Made by a program: the position numbers and the translations under genes. Positions 16,730 through 27,179 of a DNA stretch of 28,100 nt are shown in pieces (position 1 is the stretch's first letter; every line of letters starts with the position of its first letter). The notes under the pieces are model-generated. The model ran no database searches. It was not told the DNA's origin and worked only from the letters and a program-made list of their open reading frames with translations. Origin of the DNA: Vitrella brassicaformis CCMP3155 (Eukaryota > Protista > Chromerida); NCBI GenBank assembly GCA_001179505.1, contig CDMY01000714.1, positions 1 to 28,100 of the forward strand. Reading direction: 5' to 3'.

Positions 16730-17230
16730 CTGATAACGTTACTTCGAGTGTTTACCAGTGGCGTCTGGTATTATTCACGCTGTAATGAACTCCATCAAGA
16801 TGAAAAAGACGGAAACACGCTGATTGTGGTCCCCTTTTATCACCCTCGACCGCAAACGCTTCATTGCAGAAAATGACACCTCACCCCATTCTACCCGATG
16901 GCACCGTACCACGGACGACTGAGGCAGCACAGTGAGCGGGACGACCTCAGACGGGAAAATCATGCCAGATGGAGCCCGAAGTCAACGGCGAAACCAAAAC
17001 GTTGGTTGCACCACTCTCAAGAGGCGCCTGGTTGGCGCTGGAATAGGTGCGGCCCAATACCCTGTGGGCCCGCCACTGCCTCTCTGCGTCTAATGCAGGA
17101 TAGTACAGCAAGAATACCGTACAGCACAGACACAGAGATGGCTTGCCCGTGACTGTGCCCTACATTCATATTCATGAACCATGAAGTGAGCACTCAGAGG
17201 CCACCCCACTTTGACTGACATTATCCTGAC

Positions 17231-17266
17231 AGTACGTCGGAGAGAAAAAGTACGTCGGAGAGAAAA
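17231..17266. repeat. 18-bp tandem duplication
   Basis: agtacgtcggagagaaaa x2. Confidence 0.85.
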
Positions 17267-17305
17267 CCCATGGGGTGACATGCAAACTGAAAAAGGACAA
17301 GACCG

Positions 17306-19885
17306 TCAGCTGCACGACCACGAGGCCACAAGATTGGATCTCCTCATTTCCTTCCCCCTTGCACCAAGGGCAACTGCCTGATAGTAGTGGCACCGCTGCT
17401 TGTCCTCCTCTGGCAGGTCCACCCAGTGCTCAAACTGCTTCTTCTTGACTGTCGCCAGCACCTCAGTCAGCGGCTCGTCATACCTCTCAGACGTCACTAC
17501 TCGCCACCTTTTTACTTCCGTCGCGCCATTCCACGAGAAGTGGAGCCGAAGGGTATTAGTGGGGTTCTGGTTGTCGAGAAGCGCTGCTGGGTCCAGGGAT
17601 CCCGATCCAGCGACCCTTCACCGTGCGATAGGAACCTGATGTCTCGAATGCCCACTCCATCCTAGATGCCTGTGTCATATGAACTCGCCAAGCGCGCCTC
17701 GGTTGGCTTTCCATCGGAATCGAAGAAGAGGTCATACTCGACACCTCGAGCGGACGCTGGTGTGGAGCCCACTGCGTTGTCAAAGAGGCTTATTCGATTT
17801 GCGCCCGCTTGTTTGCCCAGGTCTCTCACGTCGTGCTGCTGGCGAAACTGCCCGTTCGTGTCATTGACAATCCTGAGAGTAAAGTTGTCACAGTTGAATT
17901 CCAACGTTAGGTTCTCTCGTCAGCTCCCCATCCATCCATGCTAAAGGGTACCTAAAATTGCCGCCCCTGCCGCCGAGACGCCACAAGACCTCGCCAGTGT
18001 CCCTGCACGACACCGGATGCAAGTCCGTCTTTGCTTGCAAAACGTCAGTAGTCGCTCACCTATTTATCTTTATGATTTGTGACATCGTCCTCATCCTGAG
18101 GGTGAAAACCAGAAACCATTCTGCTCAGAAACTTGAAGCCGAGGGAGAAAACGTGGTGCTCACGATAGGAGAATGTTGCCGTCGTGGGCTTCCTCCAGAC
18201 TATTCGCATGAAAAACGTCCCAGATACCGTTGATGACAGTGATATGACTCTCCCAAAAGCTGAGGGGGAGATGATCCCAGCTGCGCCACTCGAAGGCCAC
18301 GTCACCTGCAGACGTCGAATGCAGGGACCCTCTTGTGCTTGCCGTTGTCATCTGTGCACACAGCTCATACCGTCAGCAGTGATCTCCTGAATGACCACAC
18401 CCACAACGCCCTTAGTCCACTTCACATCGGGACGCAATTTCTGGCCCTGCAGGAGCTGAAAATCGTAACTTACAGATAAGTAGGATCCCAAAACCAGACA
18501 GACGTCAAGACGAATACCAGATCGTGCATACGCTCTTAAATGGCTTTCCTTACATGAAGATAAGCCCATTGCCGTTCTTCATCAGCTGAAACCTGATGAA
18601 CAACCGAATGAAGTGCACTGATCGAGGAGCAACTTTCTTCCTTCGAGATCCTTCTCGCTCACTCGTGCCCTTCCTGGTGCTCTCCATGCTTCCCACTAAA
18701 CTCATGTCGCACTTCGTAGTCAGGCCCAAGCACCTGGGCGCGGTGTTGAAGATGCCACCACAAGAGTTGGCCTCGGTGTGTCGGTGCAAAACTTGAAACG
18801 TCGACTTCTCTCTCGCGGAAGTACACCGGATCGCCCGTCGAAGTCATCTGCAGGATATGGGTATTGTTTTATTTTCGTCGCAACCCACTCGGCGAGAATC
18901 GTCTTACGATGATATTGTATCGAGGCCAGACGTTGCTTCCACTAGGTCCGGCTGTAAAGAGGTAGCCAGTGGACAACGCAGACAGGTTCCCTCGAACACT
19001 CACGCTGGCACGGGGATAGCTGAGAGGGAGGGTCCTGAATGCATTCAAATGTGGGCACGAATCGACCTGAAGGAATCCCTCATCTTGCCTGTATGCACAG
19101 TTGGGAGCATAGAACTGGCTTTCATCCTGTCTGGGCATTTCATCACGACAATCGATGTCGTCGAGATCGTCCACATCGGCTGCCTGTGTTCCTTGCTGAT
19201 CAATAGCGGGAATGCCCAACAGCCAATCGATGTCTTCAGCCTTCCTGAACAGCTCCAGCGTCTCGTGCGAAGAATACTCTTTCAAGGTGACATTTTGTCG
19301 CAATTTTGCCCTCGCCTCTACGGAAATGTACTTGTTCATTGTGTGAGACGAAATAGAAAAGTTCCACGAAGAAGAAGAAAGCGAATTCCCCTCGATGGTC
19401 CTGATTCCTCTCGCAACTGAAATGCTAACTGTCTCCCCAGGCTCGAAAGGCGCCTCGGGTACGAAATAGACGGTTCGGTTGTCACTCAGCAACCGTGTCT
19501 CTCCCTTGTGGTCGCCAGACTCATCACCGCGGACACGGATCTTCCCTTCAACGCTTTTTCTGTTGACCTTGTCTTCTGGTCGAAAGGCGATTGTTGTGAA
19601 GGGGGAAACGAGGATGGAATGTGGCAAGGGATGGGCGTATACAAACGGGGTTTCCAACAATGCTTCGAGCCCGGGGCTTGGCTTGGGAGCTCTTTCCATT
19701 TCACCCACGTCTCTGAGTCTCGGCTGTCCTCGACCGAGGTCGACACCCATCCATTTCAGCTGACCGAGAACCTGCTCAGTATTCCGTCGCGGCACTCCAT
19801 CGTAAGTGATTGCCCCTTTTTGTGAGCTGCCATGACGCCCAAAAGCCAAAAGAACGCATAGGACAGCAAGAATATTGGCCCGCAT
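17306..19885 (-). pseudogene. Secreted aryl-sulfate sulfotransferase (ASST)-like gene with an N-terminal bacterial-type Ig-like domain; introns present; last exon has a deletion with a stop and a frameshift
   Basis: Signal peptide MRANILAVLCVLLAFG. Ig-like segment HPLPHSILVSPFTTIAF..GDESGDHKG..LSDNRTVYFVPEAPFEPGETVSISV. ASST motifs GHEFQL, VIQE, FEWRSWDH, DVFHANSLE, GNILLSMR, WRLGG, FRQQHDVR, ISLFDN, RGVEY, SYRTVKGRWIG and FSWNGATEV. TAG at 17662-17664 with a frame change to MEWAF, and a second frame change near 17594. Confidence 0.75.
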
Positions 19886-20422
19886 TGAAGATCTGAAATA
19901 TTATTGGAGATGGATCCATCTCTTTATTTGTCACACCCCGCAACGCCGCGCAAGTGAAATGTCTGGGTGCTGACTGTAGGTTGCTTCGGGAGCATGGATG
20001 GACTGTCGCACAGAAGGATGAGCGTTCAACCCCGGTGGTTCCGGGCCGATGTTCCACGCGCGCTGGCAAAGCATCGGAGGAAAGAACACCCTTTGGTCAA
20101 ACAGACTTTGGCGCCCGGAGTGGTCTCCAGGGATGCTTAGTGTTGGGTTGCGCACCCCCATCCATAAGGAACACATGAGCACATGGACTAGAGCGCCGAG
20201 CACGAAACCAATCGCGGCTGCCGCGATCTCTAGTCCTCGCCTAGCTGCAGTTGCAACCGCAATTCTACAGGGCAACCGCAAGTTGAACACGATGCCCGTA
20301 CAGGCTGCGTTGGGAACGGCAGGAGGGAGGGGCTCAAGCTGCTCCTATCACTTCCGCCCCTCCTCTCCCGTGACTGCGTCTTCCGACCTCCTGTCTTTTC
20401 CCCTTCCTCCCTTCTTGTCATC

Positions 20423-21866
20423 ATGCGCTTTGCAGCCTTTCTTGTCGCATGTTTTCTGTTTGCTCACCTCGGTTTCTCCGGCCCGTCGACCTTCCGCGGT
20501 GAAGACACGGTGGCGGCGAACGGTAAGCCCAATTGATGCGCTGTTAGCGTCTCCTGTACCCTCTTTGTGCTTCTGTCCTCTTTGTGCTTCTGCCTCAGGT
20601 GGTGGCGCACCCGATAGCGCCGAAGGGAAGCTCGATGAGGATGACACGAGCATGGTGGCAGCGTCGCAGGGGCAAACAGGTCAGGCATACGAAACGACAG
20701 ACTCTCGTTTCCGATTATCATATGTGTGGGCGTGCTGTGTCGTGCCTTTTGCGCTTTATGTTGCAGTTGTAGCCATGGTCGATGAAGGTGAGACGGCCGA
20801 TGACGTAGCCGAAGAAGTAGAGGGGATGACAGGTACAGGATGGCAGCCCTCGGTTGTCACTTCTGCAGTTTCCTGCTGTGTCCTACCCTGCCTGCGTCTC
20901 AGAGCACGCCAGCGGCCAGCTACCATGGGCATCGCGGGCTCTGGGCAGGTGCAGATGCCACAAACGCAAATGCAAATGCCACCAGAAGCGCCGCAAGTCC
21001 AAGAAGGAGTGTCACAAGCACAAGTGCGGCAAAGAGGACTCCGGCTCCTCAGGCTCTTCGGGTGGTGGCGGTGGTGGCGGTGGTGGCGGTGCGGGAGGTA
21101 GCATCGTGATACTGCCTCCTGCCGGAGCACCCCCGCCTGTCAGTGGCGGAGGATCTCCGCCTGTCAGTGGCGAATCCCCGCCTGGCACTGGTGGCGGGGA
21201 TCGTCCGGCTCCGGACACAACTGTGAACATTGAGTGCAACTTCACCCCTACGATTATCGCAGCAGCAGGAAGCGCGGACACAATCAGCATCCGGTAGGCG
21301 GGTGGGTGGGAGAGGAGGAAGATGTCGGAACGCGTCTGCGTATGCTTGTCAGGGATTTTGTGAGCTTTGAGGACCCGAGTGGGAACACTCCACCCAACGC
21401 TCTATTGGAGCTCCTCGAGTAAGCATCGCCTGAGAGGTGATGCTACCGAACAATCCGCATCCCTCCCTGCCTGTTTGCTGCAGGATTATCATCCCTGCGT
21501 AAGGGAGCTGGTCGACCCGACGAAGCAAATTACCCTTTTCTGGGTCAAATCGTGTGTGGTCTGCAGGGACATCCTCGAATCGTTCCCTGACATTAACCTG
21601 GAGGACATCGGTTCTGGGGACAATGAAGCCCTGCGACTGGGTGAGCAATTTCGTTCCTTACACTCTCCTACGGATGTATGATGCTCATTGGGTCAGAGTG
21701 TAACGTGGATTCGCCAAGTCCATATCAAACAATCGTCGAAGTGCCAATTGACATTCGGCTGGGCGATGAGGTAGAGATATGCCCACAGCGTATTCAGACA
21801 ATTCTGCATTTACCCTTTTTTCAGACGCAGATATGCCCGGTGAACATCAGGTGTGGAGGAGCATGA
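20423..21866 (+). CDS. Orphan secreted protein, about 9 exons: signal peptide, acidic region, Cys/His/Lys-rich basic motif, Gly/Pro linker, 4-Cys C-terminal domain
   Basis: MRFAAFLVACFLFAHLGFSG signal. All exons join in frame through GT-AG introns to end ..ECNVDSPSPYQTIVEVPIDIRLGDETQICPVNIRCGGA* at 21866. No family recognised. Confidence 0.7.
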
Positions 21867-21914
21867 AGCTCCGTGTCGCCTCGCCAGTTGGTGAACACAC
21901 GAAGTTTGCTGCTT

Positions 21915-21970
21915 AGTTGACTGGGGGCTAGGTAGAGGCGGAAGTTGACTGGGGGCTAGGTAGAGGCGGA
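21915..21970. repeat. 28-bp tandem duplication
   Basis: agttgactgggggctaggtagaggcgga x2. Confidence 0.9.
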
Positions 21971-22058
21971 TTAAATTCTGGGTCCTTCTGCAAAGTTTAA
22001 TTTTCAGCCCTTTTCAGCCCTTCTGCGAAGTTTAAATTTTCAGCCGAATTTTTCTGCC

Positions 22059-22224
22059 GTCGCTGTCTATGAAACTAGCAGACATTTGCTACATGTTGAG
22101 CTGGGTTCTTCAGCTTTTATGAGATGGGTGGGTGTCCTCTGTCGCTGTCTATGAAACTAGCAGACATTTGCTACATGTTGAGCTGGGTTCTTCAGCTTTT
22201 ATGAGATGGGTGGGTGTCCTCTGT
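22059..22224. repeat. 82-bp tandem duplication
   Basis: gtcgctgtctatgaaactagcagac...gggtgtcctct starts at 22059 and again at 22141; the copies look identical by eye. Confidence 0.9.
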
Positions 22225-24108
22225 ATGAGTGTATGAGATGATGAGCTGTACTGTGTTCTTACGGTTCACCTCATCAGTAAGTATGTATACATGTACTTAT
22301 GTATCACTTGGTTTGTGAGGAGGGTGCATCATCTATACCAGCAAGACTCCTCCTCAATTTTCCCAGACCCTGGTGTGTGTTCCATTGAAACGAATTTTTC
22401 CCAGCCGAATTTTGAACTGGATGCTAAACACCATTCCTCCTCAATCACCGTATGTTGACAATTCTTCATCTCCCTACCTGTCTCTTCACTGTAGGACGCT
22501 AATCCCGGAGTAAGAAGACAGCGACATTCGTCTATAATAACAACATATGACATGTCACCTCTCTTGGATTGTAGCCTGTCAATGTCGTTCTAGGCTGGTG
22601 AAATTGAGGTGGAAATTGATTTCATTGATTTCATAGTGGACGGAGCCATCCCCGATCCACTCACTTGCCTTGCCTGGTGACGACCGATTGTGGATGACGG
22701 AAGGCTGCTGCAGTCGCAGCTTTGTAGCGGAAACACATGAAGTTGGAATGTTCAGTATGGCTTCCTTCCTGAATTAAGTGTAAAGCATGAAAGCGTATCG
22801 CCTCATCAGTCGGCGACCGCACGAAGTTTGCATGCTATCGATGCTTTTTTGTTCACTAACTCACTGAGAGGATAAGGCAGAGAGATGCGGAGCGTTCGGC
22901 AATTGTAAGGTTCAACCTGTTTCTGCCGTGGCTGGACGCAGCCCTTTATCTATCGCTGTCCATGGGTGCACGAAGCCAACAGATATGTATGGTGTATGAA
23001 CGACCGTCGACCAAGGCCCACTGGCCATCACAGTGCCTTGGTCAAATTGCTGCTCGCCAGGTGCGAGACCGAGTCTTGAGTAAACAAAAAGAGCGAGGAC
23101 CATCTGTGTCTAACCTGGGAAGCATTCGTGAGAAAAGGGAAAACGCTCGTCCACTGCAACCAGCGCATGCAGAACACGCACATGGATGTCGCGGACTGCA
23201 CAGACACAACAAACCGCGAGGCACGCACCACAATACCCACAGCATCCAGATCAAGCCAGCCCCCTCACGGCCCCGAGGCGGGGCTGGTGTGAAGCTTGTG
23301 TATGGCCCGCGGCTGACGAAGTCCTCCGGAAACGCGCTGGCCCTCCGTGGCCCTCTGGCGGCCGCAGCACGCTGCGCACGACTCCCCCCCGGAACGTGTT
23401 GTGCTTCATCAGCTCCATGCACAGAAGCTGGCTCCAATGATTGACGATGCTCTCTTGGTAAGCTGTGTCTTCCTCCATGGGAATGGAGGTGAGGCGGGGC
23501 TTGCGCCTGGCGAGTATATGAGAAAGTCCATGGTCTTCTTTCCCCACCTGCCGAATGTCTCCGCAGGCTGGACCGCAGCGAGGGGCACGAAGCGGAAGCC
23601 GGCTGCTTGGGTGGTTGGACCATACTTGTCGATCTTGTCTTTCTCTAAGTCGCGCCGTCTTGCCACCTTGAACTTGTGCACCACGCCGGTTGCCCGGCAA
23701 AAGGGGATGGGGGAGTCGTGAGGTCGGCAGGGGGGCGATAGTGACGTCGAGAGGGTAGTCATGCCCGCCGATCACACAGTAGATGTCCATGCACTGCCCA
23801 TTGGGGAAAACTACAGTCTCTTGGCGTATAATCTGCCACTGCGGCCCACACAGACAAAACACAAAGGAGAGAAAGAGACCGATATATCGGATCAGTGGCA
23901 CGCGCAGCGTCCACTGAATTAATCGTATGTCCAAGGTACTCCGGCACCCTCTCAGTTTTTTATCCGACTTTGTTGTTATCCCTATCTACCTCTCAGCTTT
24001 GCATGCTGCGTACTGCGTGTGCGCGTCGCGTGTCCATGTCGCTGGCTGGTTGCTTATTGTGTCAACGACGAGACATACGCTAAGAGCATGCAGATAACCG
24101 TGCACGAT

Positions 24109-24168
24109 GGATTTCTACCGGAGAAGGGATGCGTTCGTGGATTTCTACCGGAGAAGGGACGCGTTCGT
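24109..24168. repeat. 30-bp tandem duplication within repeat copy 2
   Basis: ggatttctaccggagaaggga(t/c)gcgttcgt x2. Confidence 0.85.
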
Positions 24169-24267
24169 ATCCCCCTAAACCGCCTCTGTTGTTGAAGTGA
24201 GGGTGAGTGTTCCCAGTATCGAGTTGCAGATCTGATTACCGTCACCAGTTGATAGAAAAAAAAACCG

Positions 24268-24288
24268 ACACACACACACACACACACA
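24268..24288. repeat. (AC)n microsatellite
   Basis: About 10 AC units. Confidence 0.9.
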
Positions 24289-25079
24289 AAGAAACACACA
24301 TACAATGAACTGGCGAGCCTCACGGCCTTTTCTGTAGCTGATTCCGTTGCGGTTCTGCTCGGACACGTCAAGACGTCATTTGCCGTCCCGTTGCGTGTGC
24401 TCCAGCAGATCTCGAGGTGGCTCTTCCGCTCTCAAGCACGCTCCCAACCATCATTCACGAGGCAGTCAGAGTCAGCGCATCAGTGAGTAAAGCCAATGGG
24501 CGCGGTGAGCGCTTCGGAAGGGAATCTCTCCCAACCAACCTCACTGACTCGCCTTGCTTCAGTGTGTCAAGCTGAATAGCTTGGAAGCGAACAGGAAAAA
24601 ACGGCTAACAGCAAACCCTGATCGGACGCTTCTTGCCCACTGGGCGAGCCACAGCAAAAACGTCAGGCCCAATTTCATTCATGCACACAACAGCAAACCC
24701 TGATCGGACGCGCCACAGTAAAAACGTCAGGCCCGGTTGCATTTTCATTAACATCCCGCTTCTAGAGCAATTGGGAGGTCTTACATTTCGAACGGCATCG
24801 GTCCGTTGTCTGCGCCTCAGGAGGAAGTAGAGTTGTGCCCGGTAAAACTTTAAGGGAGAATTTCGTCGCCCATTTCATGCGTCTAGTACTAAACGAAACA
24901 GACGTTCCACGCTGGGCGTTTGGGGGGAATGAGCGAACGTTAAGAAATAAGCGCAGAGAAAGCATCCTGATGCAACGGTGCGCAGTGCGTGCGTTCCTCT
25001 GCACCGTTCGAACACAGTAGCCCACTAACGAGAGCAATAGAGTGCGTGCGTGAGGTGAGGAGAGGGGAGGCGGAGGAAG

Positions 25080-26339
25080 GTGGAATCTCTCCGCTGGATG
25101 GGCGCCTTGTGTTCATCAGGGGTTGTCATGGATGAGGACGAGCAGCGAGAGCTGGAGTGGCTGCGGTGGGAGCTTCAGGAGGTCGGAGAGGACGGACAAC
25201 CAATAGCAGAAGAGGAGCAGCAACAACACGAGCCAAGCTACCACAACAGCACAGCCAACAACACTGGCTACCCACAGCACTTTCTCCATCCCCCTCTGCC
25301 CCCGTCAGCACACCAGCAGCCTGCGTTCCCTCCGTTCCTGTCGCCTCACACGGCGCCGTGCTCAGCTCCAGGCGGTGAGAATGGTACCTTTCCCATGTAC
25401 TGCGCCCGCGACGTGCCAGGAGTGCCCATCGCTGCTCCTGTAGCTGCTCACGGCTTCATCCCACCTCTGTCCAACCCCTTCGACCGTCGCGGAACAGAGG
25501 AGCGTGCGGAGCCCCCTGCCAAGCAGCGACGTCAGGCAAGCCGCGTTGCCGCGCTTCCACCCCTGAGGACCTTGGCTGATCACTCACCCATTGGCGGCAC
25601 GGACACCACCGAGTCTGCGGCCTCGTCATCGGCAGCGGTGGTGGGCGGGGCTTCTCAGGGGCCTCGCTTCTTCTCAGCGCAGCTGAGCACCACCCAGACG
25701 ACCGAGCAGATCCCCTATGTCGCTGTTCAGCCATCGGGTTTCTCTCTGTCGGCGATGCCCGCCGGGAGTGCAGTTGGCGCTGAGTCCGCAGCGGGCGTAT
25801 CTGTCGCGATGGGAGATGGGGAGGGCGGGATGGGCGTAGGGGGCCGCGGGGGGACATCGGGCAAGAGGAAGCGCGAATCCCCTGTTCCATCCCCTGTTCC
25901 ATCTCTGCGCCTGCCGGAGTTGCGCGGACCAGAAGCATCGTCGACGGGCTCGGGGGCGGGCGGCGTTCATCAAGCGATGACGGTGAGCGCGGTCTCGTTT
26001 CCCCGGAGGCCTGCGTTTCCCCGGTCGACTGCTCCGATTGGCTCGGGCTCTGGTTTGATCCTGCCGCCATACTCCGACTCGAAAAGCCTGATTCGTCTGC
26101 GGCCCGACCGCATTTCGCAGCCCCAGGGGGTTTCTGACGGCACGCGGGGAGGGCCGAGTGGACAGGGAGGGTCCGCGGCCCAGGAGAGAGGCCAGCCCTC
26201 AACAACACCCGGTGCGTCCAACCCGTTGTCCAACTTGTCCCACCCCCCCACGCCACCGCAGCCCCCTTCTGTGCCGTCGAGTCCGCCCGTGGCCATCGAC
26301 ATCGACGTGACAGAGAGCGGAGGCGGGCACTGGCTGTAG
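25080..26339 (+). CDS. Hypothetical low-complexity Pro/Ser/Gly/Ala-rich protein (probable start at ATG 25128); may have further exons downstream
   Basis: 1260-bp stop-free frame, unusually long for this intron-dense region. Acidic N-terminus and a basic SGKRKRES motif resembling a nuclear localisation signal. No domain recognised. Confidence 0.5.
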   Translation: MESLRWMGALCSSGVVMDEDEQRELEWLRWELQEVGEDGQPIAEEEQQQHEPSYHNSTANNTGYPQHFLHPPLPPSAHQQPAFPPFLSPHTAPCSAPGGENGTFPMYCARDVPGVPIAAPVAAHGFIPPLSNPFDRRGTEERAEPPAKQRRQASRVAALPPLRTLADHSPIGGTDTTESAASSSAAVVGGASQGPRFFSAQLSTTQTTEQIPYVAVQPSGFSLSAMPAGSAVGAESAAGVSVAMGDGEGGMGVGGRGGTSGKRKRESPVPSPVPSLRLPELRGPEASSTGSGAGGVHQAMTVSAVSFPRRPAFPRSTAPIGSGSGLILPPYSDSKSLIRLRPDRISQPQGVSDGTRGGPSGQGGSAAQERGQPSTTPGASNPLSNLSHPPTPPQPPSVPSSPPVAIDIDVTESGGGHWL

Positions 26340-27179
26340 ATTAGCGACCGCAGGGGTGGCTGGCTTGCACGTGTCTGTTTGTTTGTCCTTCGGGAGGATG
26401 CATGTATGTGTACGGGTGGTGGAAGGGTATTTATGATATGTATGCTCGGGTGCATTTTCTATTGACGAATAGACGCACACCGTGCCCATCAGTGACTGAA
26501 ATGGATGCTCTGTACGGCTGGGGTGTTTTTCGAATGAGTGACTCTACCTACTGAGTGTTTGTTGTTTGCATCTGCATGTTTGTGTTGGACCAAGCTTGGC
26601 TACGGCTGTGGCAAAGACGTGACGTACATCTTATTCAAAAGGAGCACAGTCATCAGTGTCTGTATTCTGGGTGCTTGGACGCCCTTATTCAAAAAGGGCG
26701 GTACCAAGGTGTGCCTGAAATGGTTCAATCAGTCACCGAGTGAGAATGCAAGCAAGTCGCTCGTTGGGAAGGTGATGACATTCATCTGCGAGGCGCCTTT
26801 ATTCATCACTGTATCGCTGGGAGTAAAAGCGCAAAGAGTATCCCGAGAGTCGCAGCCCGACCCGTGCGACTCTCCCAGACTTGACGTCAATTAGACCAGC
26901 ATTGACAGATAGCCGACTGAGCGACTGGAGGGCGCGGATGTTTGCTCGATTGCTTGTTGGCTCTGTTGCTTGTCCGTGTTTTGCTGTTGAATGCATACCG
27001 CTTCACACCTGATTTGCACGACAAATTTTTTGAACGACTTCTTACCTGCAGGCGAGGGCGGAAGATAGGGGAGGAGAACAATGAAGATAGGGGAGGATCT
27101 CATCTACAGAGTTACGGACTCTGGCAGCTCAGACATCGAGTCGTCTCTGTATGTATTCGAGTGAATACGTCGAGTGGGA

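Larger units (their letters stand above)
23100..24983 (-). mobile_element. Decayed repeat copy 2 (CRE-like RLE fragment plus 5' non-coding part), inverted relative to copy 1
   Basis: 23330-23838 encodes QIIRQETVVFPNGQCMDIYCVIGGHDYPLDVTIAP..DLEKDKIDKYGPTTQAAGFRFVPLAAVQPAETFGRWGKKTMDFL..ESIVNHWSQLLCMELMKHN over several frames. It is collinear with 1-1300 apart from about 430 extra bp (about 24323-24752). Confidence 0.78.

Noticed and set aside
16775-17300. Short ORFs between PRP16 and the ASST gene, and between ASST and the secreted gene (19900-20420)
   Set aside because: No recognisable motifs or consistent splice chains; probably UTR or promoter sequence.
20049-21101. 350-aa plus-strand ORF
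   Set aside because: It reads through introns of the secreted-protein gene and changes frame relative to the true exons; the spliced model from ATG 20423 explains the region better.
21915-22224. CRISPR-like array
   Set aside because: The repeats are directly adjacent two-copy duplications with no spacers, there are no cas genes, and the context is eukaryotic.
25456-26256. 266-aa minus-strand ORF
   Set aside because: Antisense to the longer 25080-26339 frame in very GC-rich sequence where stops are rare.
26640-26740. Possible AP2-like DNA-binding segment (GAWTPLFKKGGTKVCLKWF)
   Set aside because: The resemblance is superficial, and I could not build a consistent exon model or recover the rest of the domain.
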